Positions 1 to 9,648 of a stretch of DNA of 32,000 nucleotides are shown piece after piece. The notes under the pieces are model-generated. The model did not search any database. It was not told the origin of the DNA and saw only the letters and a program-made list of their open reading frames with translations. The translations under genes were made by a program, and so were the position numbers. How positions within the stretch are numbered: the stretch's first letter is position 1; each line of letters starts with the position of its first letter. Origin of the DNA: an uncultured Actinomycetes bacterium (GTDB taxonomy: Bacteria > Actinomycetota > Actinomycetes > S36-B12 > CAIYMF01); assembly GCA_963843975.1 (NCBI GenBank), contig CAWJMG010000003.1:2550001-2582000 (forward strand). Direction: 5' to 3'.

Positions 1-681
1 ATGCTCGACGCGGTGCAGCCCGATGTCGTCATGATCATCCACTGGTTCGGGTGGGTCGATCCCGCCGTGGCGACTCTCGTCGAGCTGGCACGCGGAGCGG
101 GAGCGCTCGTCCTGGAGGACCAGGCGCACTCGATGCTGACCGACCTCGTCGGGCGCGGCGCCGGGCGATGGGGGGACGCCTCCGCCGTGTCGGTGCACAA
201 GTCACTGCCGCTTCCGGGCGGGCTCCTCATCTCCCGCAGAGCCGTGGCGGGAGCCGTCGCGATGGACGGCGTCGACGTCACGTTCGAGGAGGAGCCGGGG
301 TTCACGGCATCCGAGCTGGCCACGACGTCCGAGCGCCGACGACGACTGGCCGCAGATGGCATTGCGCTCCTGTCCCGGGGCCTCGCACCCCTCGCCCCTC
401 TTCGACGCACGCTCCCGGACGACGTCGTGCCCATGAACCTCCCCGTGCTCGTGCCGCCGAGCGAGCGGCAGCGCCTGTACGAGGAGATGAACGCCTCGGG
501 TGTGCGCGTGGCCTGCCTCTACTACCGGCTCGGGCCGGGCATCGACCCCGAGCAGCACCCGGCGTCCCGATGGCTGTCGGAGCGGCTGATGAACATCCCC
601 CTCGACTCGGCGACCGAGCAGGCGGGGATCTCGGGGATCCTGCACGACCTCGCCCGCAGAGCCCTGCGTGAACATGCTTGA
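1..681 (+). CDS. DegT/DnrJ/EryC1-like PLP-fold sugar-modifying enzyme, C-terminal part (5' end lies outside the window)
   Basis: Open reading frame from base 1 to TGA at 679-681. Peptides LEDQAHS and SVHKSLPLPGG resemble the aminotransferase-fold active-site region. GC3-rich codon usage. Overlaps the next gene by 14 nt. Confidence 0.5.
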   Translation: MLDAVQPDVVMIIHWFGWVDPAVATLVELARGAGALVLEDQAHSMLTDLVGRGAGRWGDASAVSVHKSLPLPGGLLISRRAVAGAVAMDGVDVTFEEEPGFTASELATTSERRRRLAADGIALLSRGLAPLAPLRRTLPDDVVPMNLPVLVPPSERQRLYEEMNASGVRVACLYYRLGPGIDPEQHPASRWLSERLMNIPLDSATEQAGISGILHDLARRALREHA

Positions 682-1697
682 GGCCCTGCGCGCCTCGAAC
701 GCGGACGAGCGCGCACGCTGGGTCGCCCTCATGCGTGAGTGGTCGGGTTCGTCCCCGGCGTGCTTCCCGTCGTACCTCGAGCTCTTCGCCCGACCCGACG
801 AGGAGCCGACGTTGCTCGCCCTCGAACGGGACGGCCAGCGGGCGGTGCTGCCACTTCTGCTGCGCCCGATCCCGGGTCCAGCGCAGGCCCGGGACGCCGT
901 GGGGCCGTATGGCTACGGGGCGAAGCTTCGACACCGGGGACGGGTCGCCCCGCGCGGAGTTCTGGGAGGGAGCCCGGTCGTGGCTCGCCGACAACGATGT
1001 CGTGAGCACCGTGGTTCGGCTGCCCGTGGTGGACGGCGCGCCACCGTGGCCGTTCGCCCGGCACGAGGTCGGGAGCAACATCGTCCGGGACATCAGGCCG
1101 TGGGCCGAGCTCTGGGCCGACATGGACCACAAGGTGCGCAAGAACTACAACCGCGCAGTTCAATCGGGGCTTACGGTCGGGTTCGGCCGGCTCGAGATGC
1201 TGGACGACTTCCTGCCCGTCTACCTCGCGACCATGGCCCGGCGCGAGGCCGCGGAGGCGTTCCACCTCGACGCCCAACGGCTGGGAGCCCTTCTCGACGA
1301 GATCGACGGCCGATTCGTCGTGGCCGTGGCCAGCCACGACGGGCGACCGCTCGCCGTCGAGCTGTGCCTCGTCGACGGTCCGACCGCCTACTCCTTCCTC
1401 GGGGGAACGCTGGAGCAGGGCTTTCCCTTGCGCGCCAACGACTACCTGAAGTGCGAGATCTTCCGCTGGTGCGAGGGCAACGGTGTGCGGAACTTCGTGC
1501 TCGGCGGCGGCCTGGGCGGCCAGGAGGACGGCATCTACCGCTACAAGAAGAGCTTCGCGCCGCACGGCTCGACCGGCTTCTCCATCGGCGAGTGGAGGGT
1601 CCGGCCCGAGGACTACGACCGGCTGGTCGCCGACCGGGCGGCGCGCGAGCCGGGATGGTCGCCCCCACCCGGGACGCTCCCCTCCTACCGGGGATGA
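668..1697 (+). pseudogene. FemAB-like / BioF2-like GNAT acyltransferase (PF13480-type), interrupted by a +1 frameshift near 917-929
   Basis: The N-terminus (MNMLEALRASNADERARWVALMREW...DAVGPYGYG) is in the frame of ORF 668. The remainder (SFDTGDGSPRAEFWEGARSWL...KVRKNYNRAVQSGL...IYRYKKSFAP) is in the frame of ORF 678. Length is 1030 nt, which is 3n+1. The shift lies at GGGCGAAGCTTCG. Confidence 0.7.
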
Positions 1698-1863
1698 CCC
1701 CCCAGCCCGCTCCGCAGAGTCACGGTGCCGAAGATCTCATCACTCACCGCGCTTCGGACATAGCCGAGAGTTAGCGTTTCGAGGGCCAGGCGGGTTACCG
1801 TCTCGGCGGGCACGGGGGGTGCTCACGCCACCCAGGGCGCAGGCCAAGATCACCGGGGGAACG

Positions 1864-3739
1864 GTGCTGAAGAACCAGGCAGTCCGGCATGCCGCACAGG
1901 CCACGATCGACGCACTCATGTGGGTCGGCGCGGTCATTTTGGCGACGGCGGCGAGGTACGAGTTCGACCTGACGGGCATCCCGCGGTCCTCGATCCTCGC
2001 CATCGGGGCCCTCTCGGCGACGGTCGGGCTGCTGAGCGGCCTCGCGCTCGGGCTGTACGAGGGCCGCTACGTGTACGGGAAGCTTCGAGCAGGTCCGAGC
2101 GGTCGGGCTCGCGGCGTTCGTGACCACGAGCGTGATGCTCGCCGTGCTGTCCTTCCAGGACAACCGCATCGTCCCCCTCGGCGCCATGCTCATGGCCGGC
2201 GCAGGTGCGCTCGCCCTCACCCTCTTCGTCCGCACGATGATCCGCACCTACCGTGACCGCGCCCGCCGGCCTGCCCCTGGCGCTGCTCCCGTGCTCGTGT
2301 TCGGTGCCGGCGAGGCCGGCCAGCAGCTCATCCGCAGTATCCAGCGCGACCGGCACAGCCGCTACCGGGTCGTCGGCGTTCTGGACGACGACCCGACCAA
2401 GCAGCGCCTGCGCATCAGCGGCGTCCCTGTCGTCGGCACCGGGGCGTCCCTCGCGAAGGCGGCCGCTTCGCGCGGCGCCGAGACGCTGATCGTCGCCGTC
2501 GGCCGGCTGGGCGCGACGACCGTCGCCGACCTCGCCGAGCAGGCGACGGCGGCGGGGGTCGACGTCAAGACGATCCCCACCCTCGCCGAGCTGGTCGGCG
2601 AGGTCGACTACCGCGACGTGCGCGATCTCGACGTGGCCGATCTGCTGCGCCGCGATCCCATCCACACCGACCTCACCGGCATCCACAGCCTGATCCGTGG
2701 CCGCCGCGTGCTCATCACCGGCGCCGGCGGCTCGATCGGCTCCGAGCTGGCCCGCCAGATCAACCAGCTCGGCCCGAGCGCCCTCGGGCTGCTCGACCGC
2801 GACGAGTCGGCGCTGCACACCCTCGACCTCAGCCTGGGCCGCCGCGGCCTGTTCGTGGAGGAGGGCCCGATCCTGGCCGACCTCCGCGACCGCGACGGCA
2901 TCTTCGCGGTGTTCCGCGAGTTCCGGCCCGAGATCGTCTTCCACGCGGCGGCGCTCAAGCACCTGCCTCTGCTCGAGCGCTTCCCTCACGAGGCGCTGCT
3001 CACCAACATCGACGGCACCCTGAACGTGCTCGACGCCGCCCGCTCGGTCGACGTCTCGGTGTTCGTGAACATCTCCACCGACAAGGCAGCCGACCCCTGC
3101 AGCGTCCTCGGCTACTCCAAGCGCATCACCGAGTGCCTCACCGCGGCCGCCGGCGCAGGCACGACCGGCGACTACGCCTCCGTGCGCTTCGGCAACGTAC
3201 TCGGGAGCCGCGGCTCGGTGCTGCACGCGTTCGCGGAGCAGATCGACCGGGGCGGCCCCGTCACGGTCACGCACCCCGACGTCTCGCGCTACTTCATGAC
3301 CATCCCCGAGGCCGTGCAGCTCGTCCTGCACGCGTCGACGATGTCGGGCAACGGGCGGGCGCACGTGCTCGAGATGGGCGAGCCTGTCCGCATCTATGAC
3401 GTCGCGCGCCAGCTGATCGCGCGCTCCGGCCGCGACATCCCCATCCAGATCACGGGGCTGCGTCCGGGTGAGAAGCTCGCGGAGCGGCTGTTCGGCGTGA
3501 ACGAGCGACCGCAGGAGACCCAGCACCCACTCGTCTCCTCCGTGGCCGTCCCGTCGCTGGACCGCTCGCTGCTCAGCCGGCTGCACACGTGCACGACCGA
3601 TGCCGAGCTCGTCGAGGCCCTCGACCTGCTCGTGCTCGAGCTCTCGACGAACATCGGTTGCCCGGACGGCGAGTTCCACTCGTCTGCGCTCGACGGGCTC
3701 GAGTCCAGCACCTCGTCCGCACGACGCGTGAGCCTGTAG
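1864..3739 (+). pseudogene. Membrane-anchored nucleoside-diphosphate-sugar 4,6-dehydratase (CapD/PglF/WbpM family), interrupted by a +1 frameshift near 2077-2086
   Basis: The N-terminal TM region (VLKNQAVRHAAQATIDALMWVGAVILATAARYEFDL...GLYEGRYVYG) is in the frame of ORF 1483. The remainder (SFEQVRAVGLAAFVTTSVML...VLITGAGGSIGSEL...STDKAADP...RFGNVLGSRGSV) is in ORF 2120-3739. Length is 1876 nt, which is 3n+1. The GTG start at 1864 is inferred. Confidence 0.75.
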
Positions 3740-4861
3740 ATGTCCTTCCGGATCTACCTCTCCCCTCCGGACGTCGGCGACCTCGAGAAGCAGTACGTCC
3801 TCGAGGCTCTCGACTCGGGCTGGGTCGCTCCGCTGGGCCCGCACGTCGACGCCTTCGAGTCCGAGCTCGCGGCCGCCGCCGGCGTCGGGCACGCCGTCGC
3901 CCTGTCGTCCGGCACGGCCGCCCTCCACCTCGCCCTGATGGGTCTCGGCGTGAAGCCGGGCGACGACGTCGTCGTACCCACGATGACCTTCGGCGCCACG
4001 GCCTTCGCGGTGACCTACGTCGGCGCCAACCCGGTCTTCCTCGACTCCGAGCGGCAGAGCTGGAACCTCGACCCCGACCTGCTCGTGGCCTTCCTCGACG
4101 ACCGTGCGCGCACCGGCACGCTGCCCGCCGCGGTCATCTCCGTCGACGTGTTCGGTCAGGCGGCCGACTACGCGCGCATCGAGGCGGTGTGCGCCGCCCA
4201 CGGGGTCCCGCTGCTCGAGGACGCCGCGGAGGCCCTCGGCGCCACCTGCGACGGGCGCCCCGCGGGCGGGTTCGGCGCCGCCGGCGTGTTCAGCTTCAAC
4301 GGCAACAAGATCATGACCACGAGCGGCGGCGGGGTGCTCGTCTCGGACGACGCGGAGCTCGTGAACCGCGCGAGGTACCTCGCGACGCAGGCGCGCCAGC
4401 CGGTGCCCTGGTACGAGCACACCGACATCGGCTTCAACTACCGGATGAGCAACGTGCTCGCCGCCCTCGGACGCGCCCAGCTGCAGCGTCTGCCGGGGAT
4501 GATCGACGCACGCCGGTCGCACCGCGCGACGTACAGCGAGCTCCTGTCACCGCAGGGCATCACGGTCGTGCAGGACGCTCCCTGGGGCCGCGGCAACAGC
4601 TGGCTGAGCGTGGCGATCCTCCCCGACGCCGAGCTGCCCACCCGCGTCAGGGAGCGCCTCGCCGCGGAGGGCATCGAGTCGCGGCCGGTGTGGAAGCCCA
4701 TGCACCAGCAGCCCGTGTTCACCTCGGCCGACTCGTCGCTGAACGGCAACGCCGACGACCTGTTCGCCCGCGGGCTCTGCCTGCCGAGCGGCAGCGCTCT
4801 CACGGACCAGCAGGCTCGCGAGGTGGCGTCCATCGTCCTAGCCGCCGTCGAGAGTGGATGA
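3740..4861 (+). CDS. DegT/DnrJ/EryC1/StrS-family aminotransferase (PglE/WbpE-like UDP-4-keto-6-deoxy-HexNAc 4-aminotransferase)
   Basis: Intact 373-aa ORF. ATG follows directly after the upstream stop. Family motifs: SSGTAALHLAL, LEDAAEALGA, FSFNGNKIMTTSGGG (PLP lysine), GFNYRMSNVLAALG. Confidence 0.85.
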   Translation: MSFRIYLSPPDVGDLEKQYVLEALDSGWVAPLGPHVDAFESELAAAAGVGHAVALSSGTAALHLALMGLGVKPGDDVVVPTMTFGATAFAVTYVGANPVFLDSERQSWNLDPDLLVAFLDDRARTGTLPAAVISVDVFGQAADYARIEAVCAAHGVPLLEDAAEALGATCDGRPAGGFGAAGVFSFNGNKIMTTSGGGVLVSDDAELVNRARYLATQARQPVPWYEHTDIGFNYRMSNVLAALGRAQLQRLPGMIDARRSHRATYSELLSPQGITVVQDAPWGRGNSWLSVAILPDAELPTRVRERLAAEGIESRPVWKPMHQQPVFTSADSSLNGNADDLFARGLCLPSGSALTDQQAREVASIVLAAVESG

Positions 4862-4918
4862 TCAGCAGAGGCACTTCGCTGCACCAGCCCTCGCCAGCCC
4901 CGCACTTCGGAGAACTCC

Positions 4919-5947
4919 ATGCATGACGTCATCCCCGGCTCGACCGTGCTCATCACCGGGGGCACCGGGTCGTTCGGATCCACCATGGTGCGCCGGCTGC
5001 TCGCGCGCGACGTCGCGCAGGTGCGCATCCTGAGCCGCGACGAGGCCAAGCAGGACGACATGCGACGCCACCTCGCCGACCCGCGGGCGCGCTTCTACGT
5101 GGGCGACGTCCGCGACCGGAACTCTGTCGACGACGCCATGCGCGGTGTCGACCGCGTGTTCCACGCCGCTGCCCTCAAGCAGGTGCCGTCGTGCGAGTTC
5201 TTCCCCGAGCAGGCCGTGCGCACCAACGTCGAGGGCAGCCGCAACGTCATCCACTCGGCCGCCGCCGCTGGCGTGAAGTCCGTGGTGTGCCTCAGCACCG
5301 ACAAGGCGGTCTACCCCATCAACGCGATGGGCATGACGAAGGCCCTGATGGAGAAGACGGCCCAGGCCTTCACCCGTAACAACCCCGGGTCGGCGACCGT
5401 CGTCTCGATGGTCCGCTACGGCAACGTCATGTACTCGCGCGGCTCGGTGATCCCGTTGTTCGTCGAGCAGATCCGCAGCGGCAAGCCGCTGACGCTGACC
5501 GATCCCGACATGACGCGCTTCCTGATGTCGCTCGCCGAGTCGGTCGCCCTCGTCGAGTACGCGTTCACCCACGCCGAGCCCGGAGATCTCTTCGTCCGCA
5601 AGGCCCCTGCCAGCACCGTCCGCGACCTCGCCGTGGCCGTCGCCGAGCTGCTCGGCGTCGAGCCCGACCTGCGCGTGATCGGCACCCGTCACGGCGAGAA
5701 GCTCTACGAGACGCTGCTCAGCCGCGAGGAGATGGTCAAGGCCGAGGACCACGGCGAGTACTTCCGCGTGCCGCTCGACGCCCGGTCGCTCGACTACGGC
5801 CTCTACTTCGACAAGGGAGGCCAGGAGGTGCAGACGTACGACGACTACACGTCCCACAACACCGAGCGCCTCGACGTCGAGGGCACCAAGAACGTCCTCC
5901 TCGCCCTGCCCGAGGTGCAGCAGCTCGTCGCGGAGTCCGCGAGGTGA
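4919..5947 (+). CDS. fnlA: UDP-N-acetylglucosamine 4,6-dehydratase/5-epimerase (FnlA/CapE/WbjB family), first step of UDP-L-FucNAc synthesis
   Basis: Intact 342-aa ORF. Motifs: LITGGTGSFG, HAAALKQVPSCEFFP, STDKAVYPINAMGMTKALMEK, VRYGNVMYSRGSVIPLF. GGAGAA ribosome-binding site upstream. Confidence 0.8.
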   Translation: MHDVIPGSTVLITGGTGSFGSTMVRRLLARDVAQVRILSRDEAKQDDMRRHLADPRARFYVGDVRDRNSVDDAMRGVDRVFHAAALKQVPSCEFFPEQAVRTNVEGSRNVIHSAAAAGVKSVVCLSTDKAVYPINAMGMTKALMEKTAQAFTRNNPGSATVVSMVRYGNVMYSRGSVIPLFVEQIRSGKPLTLTDPDMTRFLMSLAESVALVEYAFTHAEPGDLFVRKAPASTVRDLAVAVAELLGVEPDLRVIGTRHGEKLYETLLSREEMVKAEDHGEYFRVPLDARSLDYGLYFDKGGQEVQTYDDYTSHNTERLDVEGTKNVLLALPEVQQLVAESAR

Positions 5948-7069
5948 GGATCGTCGTCACCGGCGCGCACGGGTTCCTGGGCTGGCACGTCCGGGCGGCC
6001 CTGCGCGCGCGCAACACCGACGAGGTCGTGGCCGTCGGCCGTGAGCCTCGACGGCGACCCGGCAGCTCTCGACGCGCTCGTCACGGGTGCGGACGCCGTC
6101 CTGCACCTTGCGGGCGTGAACCGCGCAGAGGACGACGAGCTGCGCGGCACCAACGTGCGTCTGGCCCGGTCCCTGACCGATGCGCTCGACCGCACGGGCT
6201 CGCGTGCACGCGTCGTCTACTCCGACTCGATCCAGGCAGGCAACGGCACGGCGTACGGCGACGGCAAGGCTGCGGCCGCTGGGCACCTCGGCTCGTGGGC
6301 GGCCGAGGCCGGCACCGAGGTCGCCGACGTCCGGCTGCCCAACCTCTTCGGGGAGCACGGCAGACCCGGTTACAACTCGTTCGTCGCCACGTTCTGCCAT
6401 GCCCTGGCCACCGGTGGCCAGCCGACGATCGACGTCGACCGCGAGGTGCCGCTGCTGCACGCGCAGGACGCCGCCGACCACCTCATCGATGCGCTCACGG
6501 GCGGGCCGGACGTCGTGGGGCCGGCCGGCACCCCGAAGACCGTCTCGGCGGTGCTGGCGGCGCTCACGTCGTACCGCGACCTGTACGCCAAGGCCGAGAT
6601 CCCGGACATCGACGACCCGTTCGACCTCGCGCTGTTCAACACGTTCCGGTCGTACCGCTTCCCCGGGATGTTCCCCTACGAGCCGACCGTGCACGCCGAC
6701 CAGCGCGGCGAGCTCTTCGAGGTGCTGCGCGCCCACCGCGGCCAGGCTCAGGTGTTCTGCAGCTCATCCGTCCCGGGTGCGGTGCGCGGGAACCACTTCC
6801 ACCGCCGCAAGGTGGAGCGCTTCCAGGTGCTGCGCGGCGAGGCCGTCATCGCGCTGCGCAAGGTGCTGACCGACGAGACCGTGGAGTTCCGGGTCTCGGG
6901 CGACACGCCTTCGCTCGTGGACATGCCGACGATGTGGTCGCACAACATCACCAACGTCGGCGACACCGACCTGCTCACCCTCTTCTGGACCGCGGACCTC
7001 CTCGACCAGGCGAACCCCGACACCTATCCGGACGTCGTGGAGCAGCCGGGCCCAGCAGGGACCACGTGA
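5944..7069 (+). pseudogene. fnlB: FnlB/CapF-like bifunctional SDR + C-terminal cupin enzyme (UDP-L-FucNAc pathway reductase/epimerase), interrupted by a +1 frameshift near 6043-6049
   Basis: The GTG start overlaps the fnlA stop (GTGA). The N-terminus MRIVVTGAHGFLGWHVRAALRARNTDEVVAVGRE is in the frame of ORF 5944. The remainder (LDGDPAALDALVTGADAVLHLAGVNR...cupin part RGNHFHRRKVERF) is in ORF 6041-7069. Length is 1126 nt, which is 3n+1. Confidence 0.7.
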
Positions 7070-7114
7070 GCGACGTGACCGACCTACCCGAGGCTCGGAG
7101 AGGCGGCCGTACCG

Positions 7115-8402
7115 GTGCCCGCTCTGGGCGGCCGGCAGGCGGTTCTCGCGACGGTCGCGGCTCGCGGGTTCGCGATCGCGGCGACCTTCGCCCTCTCGGT
7201 CGTCGTGGCGCGCTCCCTCGGGGTCGCGGGAGCGGGCACCTACTTCGCGCTGCTCGCCGTGGTCACGCTGTTCGCGGGCATCGGACGATGGGGCACCGAC
7301 ACTCTCGCGCTCAAGACCGTGGCTGCAGCGGGTGCGAGCTCACGGTCGGCCGCCTGGACACTCGTCGCGCTCGGCACTGCTGTGTCGACCGCGCTGTGCC
7401 TCGTCCTCGTGGTCGTCGCGCCGCTGCTGCTCGGGCGGGTCTTCGATCCCTCCCCGTCGTCGACCGCGATCGTGCTCGCCGTCCTCAGCATCGTCCCGAC
7501 ATCGACGTACCTCGGAGCCGCCGGGATCCTGCGCGGCTCCGGTCGCGTGGCCGAGGGTGCGATGGCCGAGCCTCGGCTCGACGCCGACGCTGGCCACTCT
7601 CGCCATCCTCGGCCTGTCAGGTACGACCGGCGTGGACCTCACCGCCGTCTTCGCCTGCTACCTCGGAGCAAGCGTCGCCACCGCCGCCTGGTCCCTGCTG
7701 GCGGCGCGGTCCGCGCTGGCAGATCGGCCTCGGGGCCTGGGTGAGGCGCGCGCGACGTTCACGCGACGCAACGCCCCGAACCTGTCCTCGATCTGCGGCA
7801 GCGCGACGCTCTTCTACGCCCTCACCTGGGCACCCGTCATCGTTCTGGGTCTCGTGAGCAGCGCCGACGAGGTCGGCTATCTCGCAGCTGCGACCAGGAT
7901 CGCGGCGTTCGTGTCCCTCGCCGCCGCCATTCAGGTCACGTACCTCGCTCCGCGCTTTGCAGCACTGCACGCGTCCGGTCGCATCGACGACCTCAACCGG
8001 CTCGCGGGGCGGTCCGCCGCCCAGGCCGTAGGAGTCGGAGCCGTCCCGGCGGTGGTGATCCTTCTGTTCCCCGAGTGGTGCCTGCACATCTTCGGCAGCG
8101 ACTTCGCCTCGGCCGCCGAGCCGCTGCGGATCCTCGCGGTCGGTGCGGTCGTGGTGTGCGCCCTCGGCCAGCCACTGATCATCATGGTCACCTGCGGCTA
8201 CGAGCACACGGCGCTCGCACTGACCGCGGCAGCGGTCGCGGTCGCGGTGGCGCTCATGCTTGCGGTCGGCGGCACCTTCGGCGCCACCGGTGTCGCGATC
8301 GTGACGGCCGTCGTGACCATCGCCTACGGGCTGGCGGCCTCATTGGTTCTGAGGGCGCGGGCAGGGATCGCACCGTGGATGGCGACGCAGTGGAAGGGCT
8401 GA
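7115..8402 (+). pseudogene. wzx: Wzx-like polysaccharide flippase (polysaccharide biosynthesis/MOP superfamily), interrupted by a +1 frameshift near 7568-7574
   Basis: Hydrophobic multi-TM sequence runs in ORF 7115 up to ...GILRGSGRVAEGAMAE. It then continues in the frame of ORF 7332 (LGSTPTLATLAILGLSG...). Length is 1288 nt, which is 3n+1. Confidence 0.65.
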
Positions 8403-8406
8403 CCCG

Positions 8407-9648
8407 ATGACTCCTACGCCGGCAGGCCCGCGCGTCCTCATGATCACCGGCACGTTCGCCACCCCGTCTGGCCAGCCCTGGCTCATGGACGACCTCGCCC
8501 ACGCGATGGCCGACGAAGGCGCCACGGTGGACGTGCTGGTCTTCGAGTCCCGCACACCGCGACCGCGCACCGGCTGGGTTCAGCTGACGCCGTCCATCCG
8601 CTACATGAGCCTCGGCCTCGAGCAGCCGCGTCGTCCGGGCCGCCTCGGCGCGGCCACCACGCACACGTCGAACATGGCAGCGATGCACCGCGCCGCCTGG
8701 CGCGCGGTCAAGGACGAGCGCTACGACCTCGGCCTGTACACCTCGATCGGGACGCTGGCGGGCGGCTTCCCCGGCCGTCTGCGAAAGCACGGCGTCGTCC
8801 GGCACCTCGGCTACATCCTGTGGGACTTCTTCCCCCGCCATCATCGGGAGATCGGCAGTCTGAGCGGCCCCGTCACGAGGCTCGAGCCCGTCCTCAAGAG
8901 GGTGGAGCGCGCGTCGTTCGCGCGGGCCGACTCGATCGTGCTCATGAGCACCGCGAACGAGTCCTTCCTCCGGGCCTACCACCCCGGTGTGGACGCGACG
9001 ATCGTCATCTCCCCACCGTGGGCGAGGGAGGACGAGGGCCCGCTCGACGACAGCGCACGGGTCGCCGCCCCGTTCACCGTGGTGTGCGGCGGTCAGCTGA
9101 CGCACGGACGCGGCATCGAGACCCTCATGGACGCCTCGGAGCTCCTCATCGCCTCCGGCGACGACGTCGAGATCGAGGTGTACGGCTGGGGCCCGGACAG
9201 CGAGCGGCTCAAGGCCGAGGCAGCGCAACGACGGCTCACGAAGGTGCACATCCGCGACGGGCTACCGCGGAGCGACTACCGCAAGGTCCTCATGAGGTCG
9301 CACGCCGGCGTGACCGTCAACGTCCCCGGCGTCAGCATCCCGACGTTCCCCACCAAGATCTCGGACTACTGCCTCGCGGCGCTGCCGGTCATCGCCTGCC
9401 TCGAGGAGTCGACCGATGCGGGCACCGTCCTCGAGGAGGCAGGTGCTGGTCTTTCGGTGCAGGTGGGGGACGCCGAGGCGCTCGCCGAGGCGATCCGGAC
9501 CGTCCGACGCGAGTGGGAGTCAGGAGCCTGGGCGGAACGCTCGCGGGCATCCCGCCATCTGTACGACGTGCACCTGAGCGCGGCGGTCGCCGCGCGACGC
9601 ATGCTGGCTGCGGCCATCGACGATCCGGGGGAGAGACACCATGGCTGA
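8407..9648 (+). CDS. GT4-family (group 1) glycosyltransferase, WbuB-like (candidate L-FucNAc transferase)
   Basis: Intact 413-aa ORF. GT-B C-terminal pattern (FTVVCGGQLTHGRGIETL...FPTKISDYCLAALPVIA). Sits next to the fnl genes. Confidence 0.7.
   Translation: MTPTPAGPRVLMITGTFATPSGQPWLMDDLAHAMADEGATVDVLVFESRTPRPRTGWVQLTPSIRYMSLGLEQPRRPGRLGAATTHTSNMAAMHRAAWRAVKDERYDLGLYTSIGTLAGGFPGRLRKHGVVRHLGYILWDFFPRHHREIGSLSGPVTRLEPVLKRVERASFARADSIVLMSTANESFLRAYHPGVDATIVISPPWAREDEGPLDDSARVAAPFTVVCGGQLTHGRGIETLMDASELLIASGDDVEIEVYGWGPDSERLKAEAAQRRLTKVHIRDGLPRSDYRKVLMRSHAGVTVNVPGVSIPTFPTKISDYCLAALPVIACLEESTDAGTVLEEAGAGLSVQVGDAEALAEAIRTVRREWESGAWAERSRASRHLYDVHLSAAVAARRMLAAAIDDPGERHHG

Noticed and set aside
1698-1863. 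A 166-bp intergenic gap upstream of the CapD-like gene, considered as a possible small RNA or riboswitch.
   Set aside because: I could see no conserved-looking structure, repeat or promoter consensus. It is probably just the promoter and 5' region of the dehydratase gene, whose exact start (GTG 1864) is itself uncertain.
1934-4522. An 862-aa minus-strand ORF. Similar long antisense ORFs are 4862-5857 (-), 8254-9249 (-), 23640-25244 (-), 25597-27015 (-), 19373-20569 (+), 20906-21997 (+) and 28845-30452 (+).
   Set aside because: These are high-GC shadow ORFs. Their translations are low-complexity and rich in Arg, Ala, Gly, Pro and Asp, with no recognisable family motifs. Each lies opposite a gene with clear family signatures and GC3-biased codon usage.
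5944-7857. A 637-aa plus-strand ORF. Analogous over-long ORFs are 16493-18118 (-), 17919-20048 (-), 20556-21860 (-), 25198-27123 (+) and 12282-14273 (+).
   Set aside because: Only part of each ORF is real coding sequence. The rest is Arg/Pro-rich out-of-frame read-through or upstream extension created by the absence of stop codons in GC-rich DNA. The real genes were delimited by family-like sequence, start-codon context and ATGA/GTGA coupling.
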